From: a virus
DNA length: 64,000 nt
Strand: one strand, 5' to 3'
Virus record (IMG/VR): IMGVR_UViG_3300027714_000005
In this document: piece after piece, positions 46,819-55,048 of the stretch
Numbering within the stretch: position 1 is the stretch's first letter
How the letters are laid out: every line of letters begins with the position of its first letter
Program-made: the position numbers and the translations under genes
The notes under the pieces: generated by a model
What the model saw: the letters and a program-made list of their open reading frames with translations, nothing else
Database searches by the model: none
What the model was told of the DNA's origin: nothing

Positions 46819-47442
46819 ATGAGAGTTAATGTACTTGGTAACGGAGACAATGCGGGTATCTTTAAAAGAGGTACGCAAGGCAAACTATTGATATGTAACA
46901 TGCCTCCGTTCGAGATTCCTAAAAAGGAAGTATTCGCAACCTGTATGGTAGACTTCAAGATGATGAAGGCACTACAGGAAGGTCATATCCAACTTGATAT
47001 GTACGAATGGATTCTTGGTACTCGTCCCAAAGTTTGGATGGAACAATCCGGTACATTCTACATGAAGTACTCACATCTTATTAAGGGATTTTATCAACAC
47101 GTCCCTAAGTATGCCGCAGGAACGGGTGATCCAAGGATGGCTGCAACCAACTTCAACTGTGGTCACATGGCAGTTCATTATGCGTGTGCTAAGATGAAGG
47201 CGGACGAGGTTCACATCTATGGGTTCGATAGTATCTTTGATATGAACCTAGATAGTTTTACCGACCTTCTACTAGAGAGTGATCGTAGTACAGGTAACAC
47301 CGTGAGACTTGCACAGAACTGGAGACCTATCTGGACAGAGATGTTTAAAGAATTCCCCGACACTAAGTTTCACTTGTACCACTCGCATTCTAATATTAAG
47401 ATTCCGATATCGGATAATGTGTACGTACATACCCCAAAATAA
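46819..47442 (+). CDS. hypothetical protein, glycosyltransferase-like Rossmann fold
   Basis: VNVLGNG, ICN, NCGHMA, VHIYGFD. Confidence 0.6.
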   Translation: MRVNVLGNGDNAGIFKRGTQGKLLICNMPPFEIPKKEVFATCMVDFKMMKALQEGHIQLDMYEWILGTRPKVWMEQSGTFYMKYSHLIKGFYQHVPKYAAGTGDPRMAATNFNCGHMAVHYACAKMKADEVHIYGFDSIFDMNLDSFTDLLLESDRSTGNTVRLAQNWRPIWTEMFKEFPDTKFHLYHSHSNIKIPISDNVYVHTPK

Positions 47443-47446
47443 AAGC

Positions 47447-47475
47447 TTGACTTTTTATATCAACCGTGATATAAT
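47447..47475 (+). promoter_or_regulatory. sigma70 promoter of tRNA
   Basis: TTGACT-17-TATAAT, 8 nt upstream of the tRNA. Confidence 0.75.
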
Positions 47476-47483
47476 AGTTTTAT

Positions 47484-47558
47484 TCCGAAGTAGCTCAGTG
47501 GTAGAGCAGTTGACTGTTAATCAATTGGTCGTTGGTTCGACCCCAACCTTCGGAGCCA
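47484..47558 (+). tRNA. tRNA-Asn(GTT)
   Basis: Acceptor TCCGAAG/CTTCGGA, D arm GCTC/GAGC, anticodon GTT, T arm GTTGG-TTCGACC-CCAAC, encoded CCA. Confidence 0.97.
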
Positions 47559-47578
47559 TTACTATATGAGGAACGAGA

Positions 47579-47743
47579 ATGAGTCATTACGATAAAGAAA
47601 GAGAAAGTTACCAAGACTTTATTGCAAAAAAAGCAAAAGAAGCAAAAAGGATATCCGCTTCAATGGTTGCACCCTCACCCATAGAGTTAAGGGTGAAGGC
47701 GTTAGAGGAAAGAATAAAAGAGTTAGAGAAGAAACAGGGTTAA
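47579..47743 (+). CDS. 54-aa coiled-coil protein (not in ORF track)
   Basis: GAGG SD; MSHYDKERESYQDF...LEERIKELEKKQG*. Confidence 0.55.
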   Translation: MSHYDKERESYQDFIAKKAKEAKRISASMVAPSPIELRVKALEERIKELEKKQG

Positions 47744-48420
47744 GATCGTTTCTTCTTCTTACGTTCGTCAGCAATCCACTTCTTAGCTTTAGAGTTATCT
47801 ACTGGTTTTTTGAGGAACTTACTGACATCTTTATATGCACGTAGAGTCTCTACCTTAAAGTCTTTACCGTTAGAGTTATCAACAATCAACATATTCTGTT
47901 TACCGAACATAGTCTGGAATGCACCGATGTTACGTTGTACTTCTTTCCAGTAGTTGGTAACTTCTTTCGCACCAATAGTACGGTCACGTGCTTCATCACG
48001 TTCTATTGCGGTATCAAGGTCGGTGTTCACAAATATCATTGCAACATCGTAACCAAGATTCTTCATTGCACTGACTTGTGATTTAACCTTACTGAAGTCT
48101 TTACCAGTACCATCAATAACCAAACCAAGACGACCAGTAAGGTATCGTGTTTGCATGATACCAGTTAATTTCTTTGCCTTACCACGCATCTCTTGACCTT
48201 GTACAGAGAAGATGTTATCGGTGTTCATCTCCATACCTGCTTTCTTCATTGCAGCTTCGTATGCGTCATCAGAGTTTACAACCTTCAGACCTAATGCGGG
48301 AAGACCCGTCTTACCAACGATGAAAGACTTACCACTGCCTGGCCCACCAGCAAGGAATATTGCTTTAAAGATTGCGGGGTCATCGACACCCTCAGTTATG
48401 AACTTCTTAAACTTAATCAT
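47740..48420 (-). CDS. zeta-toxin/AAA_33-like P-loop kinase with capsid-targeting-like leader
   Basis: FLAGGPGSGKS, VNSDD, LVIDGTG, AIER...R.R; start MIKFKKFITE. Confidence 0.8.
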   Translation of the reverse strand: MIKFKKFITEGVDDPAIFKAIFLAGGPGSGKSFIVGKTGLPALGLKVVNSDDAYEAAMKKAGMEMNTDNIFSVQGQEMRGKAKKLTGIMQTRYLTGRLGLVIDGTGKDFSKVKSQVSAMKNLGYDVAMIFVNTDLDTAIERDEARDRTIGAKEVTNYWKEVQRNIGAFQTMFGKQNMLIVDNSNGKDFKVETLRAYKDVSKFLKKPVDNSKAKKWIADERKKKKRS

Positions 48421-48572
48421 TAGAATATCCACACTAGTAGTAACGTTACTACCACACCTTCGATGAATGCAACTGCACGTGTACCAAGGTCATACTTCAT
48501 AAGTGCTATGTCGTATAGGTCATCGTGCTTCTCCACGATAATTGCTTGTATTTCTTTTAACTTGTCCATCAT
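48420..48572 (-). CDS. 50-aa protein with C-terminal TM (not in ORF track)
   Basis: MMDKLKEIQ...EGVVVTLLLVWIF*; TAATG overlap with kinase. Confidence 0.6.
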   Translation of the reverse strand: MMDKLKEIQAIIVEKHDDLYDIALMKYDLGTRAVAFIEGVVVTLLLVWIF

Positions 48573-48581
48573 TTTACTTCC

Positions 48582-49412
48582 TTAGTAAACTTGCATTACT
48601 CGTTCGAGAATACGACTGTAGTTCGACATGATAGCTGTGAAAGCGTCATTATCACTCGAACTTAATTTAATACTACTGTTATTTATATGTTCTGCAAACT
48701 CACGAATATCTTTATTTTCACCAGTCAACCTAGTGGGTCTTGGTGGTAACGGAGTGCCATTCCTGACAGCAAGTCTTGCACTAAAATCTTCTCTCTCATA
48801 GAGGTCGATCAAATCAAAGTCTTCGGTGCACATTGATGCGAAGTCATTCTTGATATCAGATGCAACGAACGTCTGACCCACATCAAGGGGTTGTCCTGCT
48901 AGGAACACTGCGTCAAACAAAATATCTGAATTTACATAGTATGTATCATCTCCCATGACATAACGTTTGTTTGAAGATACTTCACCCGACACAAAGTGTC
49001 TACCAATGTCTTTACAGAACGATGCGTGATCGTCTGGGTATGCAGTGCATACGTAGGCAGATTGATGAAAGTGTGCGTTGACTATTGGCCATAGTTGTGA
49101 AACTAGGTTAGTCCTCAATCCACCTTCTGAGTGGTCATACAGTGTGGAGAATGCAGAGTCTCTAAATGATGGTACTACCAGAACATTCTGATATCCCAAT
49201 AGGTTAATCATATTAGATATACCTATTGCTTGCCAGATAAATGATTCCGCAAACTTCTCTTCTCGCACAAAGTCATACGCAGGATGAGCAGCAATAAACT
49301 CGATTATCTTGCGTTCTAAATGACCAAAGCTATCTTCGTTCACCATAACACTATTAACAGTCTGACCCGTCTTACCGATGACTACGTTAAATAAATCCCT
49401 ATTATGACTCAT
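48582..49412 (-). CDS. hypothetical protein, paralog A
   Basis: Shares GYQN.LVV.SF, FDAV.L.G and CTEDFD.ID.Y with next gene. Confidence 0.75.
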   Translation of the reverse strand: MSHNRDLFNVVIGKTGQTVNSVMVNEDSFGHLERKIIEFIAAHPAYDFVREEKFAESFIWQAIGISNMINLLGYQNVLVVPSFRDSAFSTLYDHSEGGLRTNLVSQLWPIVNAHFHQSAYVCTAYPDDHASFCKDIGRHFVSGEVSSNKRYVMGDDTYYVNSDILFDAVFLAGQPLDVGQTFVASDIKNDFASMCTEDFDLIDLYEREDFSARLAVRNGTPLPPRPTRLTGENKDIREFAEHINNSSIKLSSSDNDAFTAIMSNYSRILERVMQVY

Positions 49413-50215
49413 TAGTATACCTTATACCATTCATTAATAGTTTCTAGGTTAATTGCGAGTCGAAAGTATACTAGTCGATCTCTATGATTTCGAATCTTTC
49501 CCAAGAAATTTGGAGTGATACGTTGCTTCACTTCATATATTCTAGTGGGGGTGTTCACACACTCGATAAGACGATTGATGGATTGTTCTTTGTTCTTAGG
49601 CCCACCTTTTAGGTTTCTAGTCTTTGTGTCGCCACGGTAAACATCGATCATGTCGAAGTCTTCGGTGCAGTACTTCGCAAACTTTGCCTTAACATCAGTG
49701 GCACTAAACTTACCGTCTAACAGTGATTCACTGCCTAGTAGAACTACCGCATCAAACTTAACGTCAGTCTTCATCTTGAAGGTACTGTCAATTTTAAAAC
49801 AAGAGTCAACCGGAATTATGTTGATGTCGTACTTTTCATATAACGGGGTGAAGATACTTCCCATCTTGGGTTCTGCGACATAGATGTTGCCGTGTGTCTC
49901 GTTCACCGAGTGTACAATAGGTAACAGATGGTCACCCGCACTTTTTATAGGACGGTAGTTCCTATCTCGTAATTGAGTATATTGGTTGTTTTCGAAAGAA
50001 GTCACAACCAGAATGTTCTGATATCCCGAAGTCGCAAGCATTCCGTCAACAAGCGATGCGTCTGTCAGTAGAGTTGTTATATCACTGAACTTGGTTACCC
50101 TACCATTAAACTTTGGAATACCGTCACGAATTGTGGACATCATTGTTTCTTTAGTTTCTAAGTCAACTATGGTGTTTTGTTCTGACGTTCTCGGTTGGGT
50201 TCTATATAGAATCAT
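49412..50215 (-). CDS. hypothetical protein, paralog B
   Basis: Same three motifs as paralog A. Confidence 0.75.
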   Translation of the reverse strand: MILYRTQPRTSEQNTIVDLETKETMMSTIRDGIPKFNGRVTKFSDITTLLTDASLVDGMLATSGYQNILVVTSFENNQYTQLRDRNYRPIKSAGDHLLPIVHSVNETHGNIYVAEPKMGSIFTPLYEKYDINIIPVDSCFKIDSTFKMKTDVKFDAVVLLGSESLLDGKFSATDVKAKFAKYCTEDFDMIDVYRGDTKTRNLKGGPKNKEQSINRLIECVNTPTRIYEVKQRITPNFLGKIRNHRDRLVYFRLAINLETINEWYKVY

Positions 50216-50484
50216 TTCTTTATTCCTGAGTAGATGGACTGAATGTGGTCTTCAAACAGTTCGATTTTCTCTAGTCGTTTAGGCCAGAGAATATACTCTT
50301 TCTCTGGGTTTGCCTTGAGATTGTTTAGTAATGGTTGAATCGCACCAAACAACGCATCGAGTTTTTCTTGTGTTTCGGACACAGATGTAGAGACGTTCGC
50401 TACCTGCGCCTGTGCATTTTGCACCGCATCTAGTTCGTTCTCATCTACAAGTGTGAAACCAAAATCAAATAGTTCATTGGACAT
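50212..50484 (-). CDS. conserved phage hypothetical protein
   Basis: FDFGFT.VDE.EL ... PLLNNLK.NPEKEYI.WP.R; AGGAG SD. Confidence 0.75.
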   Translation of the reverse strand: MSNELFDFGFTLVDENELDAVQNAQAQVANVSTSVSETQEKLDALFGAIQPLLNNLKANPEKEYILWPKRLEKIELFEDHIQSIYSGIKK

Positions 50485-50502
50485 ATCATTCTCCTGTCAT
50501 AC

Positions 50503-50510
50503 TATTTATA
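50503..50510 (-). promoter_or_regulatory. T4-type late promoter
   Basis: TATAAATA on minus strand upstream of 50484. Confidence 0.75.
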
Positions 50511-50530
50511 AGTTTTTTTATCTAAAGTGC

Positions 50531-50559
50531 TTGACAAAAGGTGTTTAATTCTGTATAGT
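50531..50559 (+). promoter_or_regulatory. early sigma70 promoter
   Basis: TTGACA-17-TATAGT. Confidence 0.65.
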
Positions 50560-50561
50560 GT

Positions 50562-50888
50562 ATGTATACTGTCATGAAAGAAAAAGAAATGCAAACATTT
50601 AATGGTTCGATGAAGTATGATATGCATGGTCGGAAGCGTAAGACTAATGCGTGGAAGACCACCCCTAAACGTGCCAAGACGGAGTTTAAACCTTTAGAGT
50701 CCTATCCTGTCCATCGTGACGATAACCGCGAGAAGTACCCTTCTAAGAGTGATATGGGACGTGATATTGTAAGGGTAGACAATTCATATAGAATTGAAGA
50801 GTCTAAGAAGTTCACGGTAGCACCAGCCTATAATAAGGGTGCATATCAAGTAATCTCACGTTCAGACGTGAAACACATAGGAAAATAG
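50562..50888 (+). CDS. hypothetical protein (APAYNKGAYQ motif); start may be 50589
   Basis: C-terminal motif recurrent in T4-like phages. Confidence 0.7.
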   Translation: MYTVMKEKEMQTFNGSMKYDMHGRKRKTNAWKTTPKRAKTEFKPLESYPVHRDDNREKYPSKSDMGRDIVRVDNSYRIEESKKFTVAPAYNKGAYQVISRSDVKHIGK

Positions 50889-50889
50889 T

Positions 50890-51054
50890 ATGTTATTAAA
50901 CCCAGATGATAGAACCCCATTCGAAGTATTAACAAAGGCGATGTACGAGGACAACCGTAGTGAACGTAGATTGTGGAAAGACGAAGAAATCTCTTATGAA
51001 CAATATGTTGAAGAGAATATGCAATTTCTGCTTGACAACTTCAGAGAAGTGTGA
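50890..51054 (+). CDS. 54-aa hypothetical protein (not in ORF track)
   Basis: MLLNPDDRTPFEVLTKAMYEDNRSERR...DNFREV*. Confidence 0.6.
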   Translation: MLLNPDDRTPFEVLTKAMYEDNRSERRLWKDEEISYEQYVEENMQFLLDNFREV

Positions 51055-51093
51055 TATAATACTTGTATTGATAATGAGAACTGTGAGGATATT
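51032..51093 (+). promoter_or_regulatory. early promoter, class B
   Basis: TTGACA-17-TATAAT + ACTTGTATTGATAATGAGAA (identical leader to 6243). Confidence 0.85.
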
Positions 51094-51579
51094 ATGAAGA
51101 TTGTAATTCAAACCCAAGTACGAGAGAACTATGCTGCCCACAACGAGGACTATGTCCAAGGTGTAACGCAGGATTACTGGAAGTACAAAGGCGGTAGAAC
51201 CTTTGTAGTAAACAATGTGACCATTGCACAGTCTCAGGATGACGCCTTCTGGCAGTCCTTAACGGACGCTGTAACAGAGATGAACGAATCCTTTGAGGAG
51301 TATATCCTCAGTAGCGACCTCGTTGATGAGTGCGACTTCGACCTAAGAAACTTCGCCGTCACCCTAGAGAAAGACCTCTTCACCGAAGGGTTTGTTGCAC
51401 TGAGGAAGACCATCAATGGTGAGTACGGTTACATGAGAAAAGAAATACTCAGTAAGTACGAGAGATGGTTACAGATTGGTGGCGAACAGAAGGACTATTC
51501 CAGTTCGTTCGAATTCGTCAACGGTAAGATTCTTCCGTATAAAGAGTCGTGTGATTACCTGAAGGAGTTAGCGGCATGA
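51094..51579 (+). CDS. early hypothetical protein
   Basis: IQTQVRENYAAH...YWKYKGG; GAGG SD. Confidence 0.75.
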   Translation: MKIVIQTQVRENYAAHNEDYVQGVTQDYWKYKGGRTFVVNNVTIAQSQDDAFWQSLTDAVTEMNESFEEYILSSDLVDECDFDLRNFAVTLEKDLFTEGFVALRKTINGEYGYMRKEILSKYERWLQIGGEQKDYSSSFEFVNGKILPYKESCDYLKELAA

Positions 51580-51866
51580 ATGTCCCGAACGGTCTTGCGA
51601 GACTTATAAAAGGTGGTTGTACCATTGAGAAAAACGACATGGACTATGTGAATGGATTCCAACTCGTTTACAAATTTGATAATGATTATGGTGCGTCCGT
51701 AGTTAAACATGATTTCTCGTATGGCGGAAAGAAAGGCCTATATGAGGTTGCGGTGCTTGACAATGAAGGCGACCTGTGTTATACTACACCCATAACGGAC
51801 AATGTTCTTGGTTATCAAAACATTGGTCAGGTAGAACAAATACTTGCGGAGATATCACATCTATGA
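51576..51866 (+). CDS. conserved phage hypothetical protein
   Basis: FDNDYGASVV...SYGG..GLYEVAVL...TPIT. Confidence 0.75.
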   Translation: MNVPNGLARLIKGGCTIEKNDMDYVNGFQLVYKFDNDYGASVVKHDFSYGGKKGLYEVAVLDNEGDLCYTTPITDNVLGYQNIGQVEQILAEISHL

Positions 51867-52414
51867 ATATATTCCACTTAGATAACGACCCTATTGTTGC
51901 CGCACAGATGATGTGTGACAAACACGTCTGTAAGATGGTCACTGAGTACGGCCAAATGTTGTCTACTGCACATCGTGTACTAGACGGTGAGTTGTACATA
52001 GACAAGACCAAGAATGGTCGTAACATCAAACGATGGAGAGTGCCAGGCGATTGTCGAGAACGAGACTTGTACAAGGCATCTCATGTCAATCACCCGTCCA
52101 ACATATGGACACGTGAGAATGAAGCGAACTACCGATGGTTGTTCAAACACTTCCAAGCAACTGCGAAGGAGTATGAGAAACGATACGGACGTGTACACAT
52201 GACCTATGATAAACTAGGTGGTTATGTATGGTTTGCACCACGTAATATAAATTTAGTCGGAAGACTTACAAAATTCGCACAAGCAATGCCTGAGTATTGC
52301 AAACGTGAAGACCCAGTAGAAGCATACCGTTTCTACTACATAAAAGAAAAGGTAGACTTTGCAAGATGGAAGAATACCGAAACCCCAATATGGTTTAAGG
52401 AAGGAGTAGCATAA
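51863..52414 (+). CDS. pyrimidine-dimer DNA glycosylase / endonuclease V-like family
   Basis: MNIFHLD, DKHV.KM..E..QMLSTAH, H.NHPS..W, QAMP, AYR.YY. Confidence 0.75.
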   Translation: MNIFHLDNDPIVAAQMMCDKHVCKMVTEYGQMLSTAHRVLDGELYIDKTKNGRNIKRWRVPGDCRERDLYKASHVNHPSNIWTRENEANYRWLFKHFQATAKEYEKRYGRVHMTYDKLGGYVWFAPRNINLVGRLTKFAQAMPEYCKREDPVEAYRFYYIKEKVDFARWKNTETPIWFKEGVA

Positions 52415-52620
52415 TGCACGACATCAATGATTATGATCGCAAACGTGAACATCGTTTTTGTAATCAGTGGACATCGGAAAGAGAGTTCTGGTTGACCCCA
52501 TCTATTAGTATTAGTTTATATGATGGATTCTGCCTAGATATTTCGTTCTTGTGTTTCAAGTACTACACCTTTTTAAACTACAATAGGAAAAATGATAATG
52601 GAGAACAATATGACTTATGA
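52414..52620 (+). CDS. hypothetical protein
   Basis: GGAG SD, TAATG overlap. Confidence 0.55.
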   Translation: MHDINDYDRKREHRFCNQWTSEREFWLTPSISISLYDGFCLDISFLCFKYYTFLNYNRKNDNGEQYDL

Positions 52621-52864
52621 AGAAATTGTTAACACCCTACGCCTAGGTGTAGTAAACTTGTCGTTCACTAAAGTGAAAGATAATGCAGTACGTGAAATGA
52701 GAGCAACTCTGGTGGAAGATATGATTCCGGTAGACAAGATGCCTAAGACAGATGCAAACGCAAACACTGAGAAGAACCAACTCGCAGTACGTGTGTTCGA
52801 TCTGGATGTATCAGACTGGCGTTCATTTCGTGTTGATTCGCTCTTGACTTTTAACACTCTATAA
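52610..52864 (+). CDS. SH3-like/WYL-related protein (DUF2693-like)
   Basis: FTKVKD...REMRATL ... VFDL....WRSFR. Confidence 0.75.
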   Translation: MTYEEIVNTLRLGVVNLSFTKVKDNAVREMRATLVEDMIPVDKMPKTDANANTEKNQLAVRVFDLDVSDWRSFRVDSLLTFNTL

Positions 52865-52882
52865 AGTATACTATATAATACT

Positions 52883-53506
52883 ATGGTCACTAAAAAACTT
52901 ACATCAGCGCAGAAGGCAAAGGCAACCAGAGAGGCGAAGAAACTCGCCTCTTTGAAAGAACTTGGTTTCGAACGCAAGAAAGTTAAACGTAAACGCAAAC
53001 CGATGTCTGATGCACAGAAGGCTGCAGCGACAGAACGTCTTGCGAAGGCACGTGAAGCGAGAGGGGCGGACGGTAGTAAGTCAGTACATGAAGACTTACG
53101 AAACCAACCTGAAGATCATTTTCTACACTGGAAGAAAGTTAAGGAGTGGTTGAAAGCAAACCAACTTGAACTGAAAGGAATGTCGATGTTCAAGGACTCT
53201 AAGGTCTCTAAGGAAAGAGGACAATATATCGACCTAGAAGTTTACATATCCAACATGAAGAAGTATCTCAGTGGTGGTATATGGAGTGACTTTAGGTATG
53301 GTGAGAAACGAGAATCTCGTATCATGACCGTCTGTACTACTATGGCATACTATGATGATGGTAGACCTAAGAGAAGTTACGGGACTTGGTATCCAGATAT
53401 AGCAACAACTTGGACTAGAGAGTTGGAAGCTGAGTTCGGAACTCAGATATATTCCCCTATTAATAATGAAGAAGTTGAAGAAGAGGATATTGTCGATGAG
53501 AGTTGA
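52883..53506 (+). CDS. conserved T4-like basic protein upstream of gp33
   Basis: RKPMS..QK.AA.ERLAKAREAR ... YI.NM..YL..G.W. Confidence 0.75.
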   Translation: MVTKKLTSAQKAKATREAKKLASLKELGFERKKVKRKRKPMSDAQKAAATERLAKAREARGADGSKSVHEDLRNQPEDHFLHWKKVKEWLKANQLELKGMSMFKDSKVSKERGQYIDLEVYISNMKKYLSGGIWSDFRYGEKRESRIMTVCTTMAYYDDGRPKRSYGTWYPDIATTWTRELEAEFGTQIYSPINNEEVEEEDIVDES

Positions 53507-53768
53507 GTTTCAAATGGGTGGAGTAGATTCCTCGCAAGAAGAGTCTAGTTTCATGAACAGAAAGAAGTTTACCCGTATGGTAGAAGATACGGTACGATAC
53601 AAGTCAATGAATTACATTGATGCCGTTGTTTATCTCTGTGAAGATAACAACTTAGAGATTGAGGATATCAAGAAGTATATCGCGGTATCCATCAAGGAGA
53701 AGATTGAGTTGGAAGCTATGAATCTTAATTTTCTTGAAAAAGGTGAAAGATTGCCAAGTGATAAATAA
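53496..53768 (+). CDS. gp33: late transcription co-activator gp33
   Basis: F...VE..V....Y.DAV..LCE.N..E.E...K.I...IKEKIE.EA..LNFL; directly upstream of gp32. Confidence 0.85.
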   Translation: MRVEFQMGGVDSSQEESSFMNRKKFTRMVEDTVRYKSMNYIDAVVYLCEDNNLEIEDIKKYIAVSIKEKIELEAMNLNFLEKGERLPSDK

Positions 53769-53772
53769 TAGC

Positions 53773-53855
53773 TTGACTTTCTTTCTTTATTATGATACAA
53801 TGCATACACTTAATACAAATAATACAACCAATATAAATAATACCGGAGTAATACA
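53773..53855 (+). promoter_or_regulatory. gp32 control region: sigma70 promoter, late promoter, TAATAC-repeat leader
   Basis: TTGACT-17-TACAAT; TATAAATA at 53832; four TAATAC copies around the GGAG SD. Confidence 0.7.
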
Positions 53856-54782
53856 ATGTCTTTTGCAAACCTAAAATCTAATTCCCTTGACGTGTCGAAG
53901 TTGGCAGCAGCCGCTCAACAAGTCGGTGGGGGAACACAAACTAAAAACAAGTACGAAGATTTACGATTCTGGAAACCAACTGTTGATGATAACGGTAACG
54001 GTTTCGCACAGATTCGTTTCCTTCCTGCCGCTGAAGGTCAAGAACTTCCGTGGGTTCGATACTTCGATCACTTCTTTAAAGGGCCTACTGGTCAATGGTA
54101 CGTTGAGAAGTCTCTGACTACTCTTAACGGACAGAACGACCCAGTGAGTGAGTATAACTCACGTCTTTGGAACAGTGGTATCGATGAAGACAAAGAAGTC
54201 GCACGTAAACAAAAACGTAGACTACACTATGTCGCAAATGTCATGGTAGTATCTGACCCATCCAATCCTGCCAATGAAGGTAAAGTATTCCTTTACGACT
54301 TCGGTAAGAAAATCTTTGATAAGATTATGGATGTGATGCAACCACAGTTTCCAGGCGAGACACCTGTAAACCCATTCGATTTCTGGAACGGTGCTGATTT
54401 CCAGTTAAAGATTCGCAATGTCGCGGGATACCGCAACTATGACAAATCAGAGTTTAAAGGAGTAACTTCGTTCTTAGATGCGGATGAAACTAAACTTGAG
54501 TCAACTTATAATCAGTTGCATGATATGACAGAGTTTGTTGCAGAGTCTTCGTATAAGTCTTACGATGAACTGAAAGCACGTTTAGAAGTAGTACTTGGTC
54601 AAGCAACTGGTGCTGGTGCAACAGTTAAGAATGATATGTTATCTCAGACTGCTGAGAGTGTACCTTGGAAGTCTTCGGAACCAACCGTAGTGTCTAACAC
54701 TGCCCCAGAACCTACGATTGCTGCGACAGGAAATGAAGATGATACCTTGTCATACTTCGCGAAACTCGCTGCTGAAGACTAG
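53856..54782 (+). CDS. gp32: single-stranded DNA-binding protein gp32
   Basis: RFWKP..D..GNG.A.IRFLP, WYVEKSLTT, GKKIFDK, PFDFW.GA.F.LKI, NYD.SEF, acidic tail LSYFAKLA. Confidence 0.95.
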   Translation: MSFANLKSNSLDVSKLAAAAQQVGGGTQTKNKYEDLRFWKPTVDDNGNGFAQIRFLPAAEGQELPWVRYFDHFFKGPTGQWYVEKSLTTLNGQNDPVSEYNSRLWNSGIDEDKEVARKQKRRLHYVANVMVVSDPSNPANEGKVFLYDFGKKIFDKIMDVMQPQFPGETPVNPFDFWNGADFQLKIRNVAGYRNYDKSEFKGVTSFLDADETKLESTYNQLHDMTEFVAESSYKSYDELKARLEVVLGQATGAGATVKNDMLSQTAESVPWKSSEPTVVSNTAPEPTIAATGNEDDTLSYFAKLAAED

Positions 54783-54820
54783 GAAAGAATCCTTGCCTTA
54801 GGATAAACCGTTATGGTTAT

Positions 54821-54846
54821 AGGGTCTCTTCGGAGACCCTTTTTTT
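54821..54846 (+). terminator. intrinsic terminator
   Basis: AGGGTCTC-TTCG-GAGACCCT-TTTTTT between convergent genes. Confidence 0.92.
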
Positions 54847-55048
54847 ATCTGTCGTAAACTGTTGTTGACTCGTTCACTTTCTTGGGGATACAATAGGCTG
54901 TTACCATTGTGTTATGATGAATGTTCTTATGTTGTCCATGAACAAGGGCATGGGCATAGTCATTACACACATGAATACTACGGAAATACATATCTTGAGA
55001 TATGATATCCCCCTGCACCATTACCATAAGTAGGAATGCGTGTATCAA
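54845..55048 (-). CDS. small hypothetical protein
   Basis: MIHAFLL..YFRSI..C..YA...TAYCIP. Confidence 0.65.
   Translation of the reverse strand: MIHAFLLMVMVQGDIISQDMYFRSIHVCNDYAHALVHGQHKNIHHNTMVTAYCIPKKVNESTTVYDR

Noticed and set aside
47740-48572. Zeta toxin-antitoxin pair
   Set aside because: The upstream small ORF is a membrane peptide, not epsilon-like; the late-operon context and capsid leader fit virion cargo better.
54783-54820. Small structured ncRNA after gp32
   Set aside because: Only two 4-5-bp hairpins before the terminator; insufficient without covariation data.
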